Both the position numbers and the translations under genes were made by a program. 16,328 nt of DNA from Hadesarchaea archaeon. GTDB taxonomy: Archaea; Hadarchaeota; Hadarchaeia; Hadarchaeales; Hadarchaeaceae. Positions 15,485 to 16,328 of the stretch are shown piece by piece; position 1 is the first letter of the stretch, and the number at the start of each line of letters is the position of its first letter. The notes below the pieces were generated by a model. That model was not told the origin of the DNA. It made no database searches and saw nothing but the letters and a program-made list of their open reading frames with translations. The stretch spans positions 1-16,328 of the forward strand of contig JAUXAS010000011.1 of the NCBI GenBank assembly GCA_030619825.1, in the 5' to 3' direction.

Positions 15485-16257
15485 TCGTCGACGAGTTATT
15501 GGGTCTGGTCGGGGAGCGGAGAAGCCAGCTAGAAGACCTGACGCTCTCGAGGGTATGCGTGAGCCTCTGCTATACCGCGGTGATGCTCGATAACGGCTAC
15601 GTTGGGCTCTGCCATACGCCTACTGAGGACATTGCACACACTCATTGGGGCCGCAGGCGGGACTTCCACGGCTTCAAGGCCTTGGAGATCACCCGCCTGG
15701 CGAATTCGCTTGATATGATTGAGAAGACAGTTGGCATCACGACGTTGAACGCCCTCTCACAGTACCTGATGGACTCCGATGGTTACGAGCGGCAGTTTGG
15801 AATGGATGCCTTTGATGCGATAGATGTGAGGAAGGAAGACAGCGTCGCGGTGGTTGGGTACATAAGGCCCCTAGTCGGGAAGCTGAGGGCGAGGGCCCGG
15901 GAAGTCCACGTTTTCGAGCGCAACCCCCAGTTGAGGGGGGATGCTCTGCCAGATACTTTTGTCGACTCGATATTGCCGAAAGCGGATGTCGTGGTTATAA
16001 GCGGGTCGAGCTTGGTCAACGGAACGCTCGATAGGTTGCTCGAGCTATCCAAAAGAGCTAGATTCGTGGTTTTTGCAGGGCCAACGGCCAGCACTTTGCC
16101 AGAGCCTCTTTTCAAGCGGGGTGTAAGCGTCGTGGCGGGTGTTCACGCGAAAGGTCCTAAGGTGGTAGATGCAGTAGCCGAGGCCAAACCATTTGTGGCA
16201 TTCAAAGAGCTTGTGGAGAAGTATATTTTAAAGAATGAAAACAGCCTGAAGGGGTAA
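15481..16257 (+). CDS. DUF364 (with DUF4213-like N-terminus) Rossmann-like putative metal-chelating protein
   Basis: YTAVML..GYVGL, VGITTLNALSQ, VAVVGY, ADVVVISGSSLVNGTLDRLL, GPTAS; TTG 15481 overlaps the mrp stop, with GGGAGTG upstream. Confidence 0.85.
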   Translation: MIVDELLGLVGERRSQLEDLTLSRVCVSLCYTAVMLDNGYVGLCHTPTEDIAHTHWGRRRDFHGFKALEITRLANSLDMIEKTVGITTLNALSQYLMDSDGYERQFGMDAFDAIDVRKEDSVAVVGYIRPLVGKLRARAREVHVFERNPQLRGDALPDTFVDSILPKADVVVISGSSLVNGTLDRLLELSKRARFVVFAGPTASTLPEPLFKRGVSVVAGVHAKGPKVVDAVAEAKPFVAFKELVEKYILKNENSLKG

Positions 16258-16259
16258 AA

Positions 16260-16328
16260 CTGGATCGGCTTAAACACATCGCTGCGGAGCTCAAAGAGCA
16301 TGCACCTTTCACCGCCTTTGGGGCGGGC
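16260..16328 (+). CDS. Probable 5' end of a further (membrane?) protein, truncated by the window edge
   Basis: Frame reads (L/M)DRLKHIAAELKEHAPFTAFGAG to the edge; begins at CTG just after the DUF364 stop, with GAAGGGGT upstream. Confidence 0.5.
   Translation, partial: MDRLKHIAAELKEHAPFTAFGAG

Overview
Archaeal-looking window: GGTGA/GGAGG ribosome-binding sites, BRE/TATA-type promoters and many TTG/GTG starts; the lineage cannot be fixed from sequence alone. At the left (1-1810) are three unknown helical/coiled-coil genes on the minus strand and a divergent P-loop kinase-like gene. An autoregulated DtxR(-FeoA)/feoB iron-uptake unit follows, with a clear palindromic operator. The remaining ~12 kb is a metal/Fe-S-cofactor cluster: a DUF134 HTH protein, two COG1237 MBL-fold hydrolases, three DUF5320-like low-complexity/coiled-coil proteins, NifB/NifX-family proteins (three domains in two genes), two ferredoxin-inserted MinD-like ATPases, a zinc-ribbon/RG-rich protein, a ZIP transporter, a DUF89 phosphatase, an NnrE-DUF523(TudS) fusion, TrmO/TsaA, Mrp/ApbC and DUF364. 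The most notable signals are (i) a TGTGC-N4-GCACA palindrome repeated at four promoters, a candidate DUF134 regulon; (ii) pervasive Pro/Gln/Tyr- and Gly-Arg-rich disordered segments suggesting a scaffold or condensate for cluster assembly; and (iii) the NnrE-TudS fusion. All family calls are from motif recognition, not database searches.
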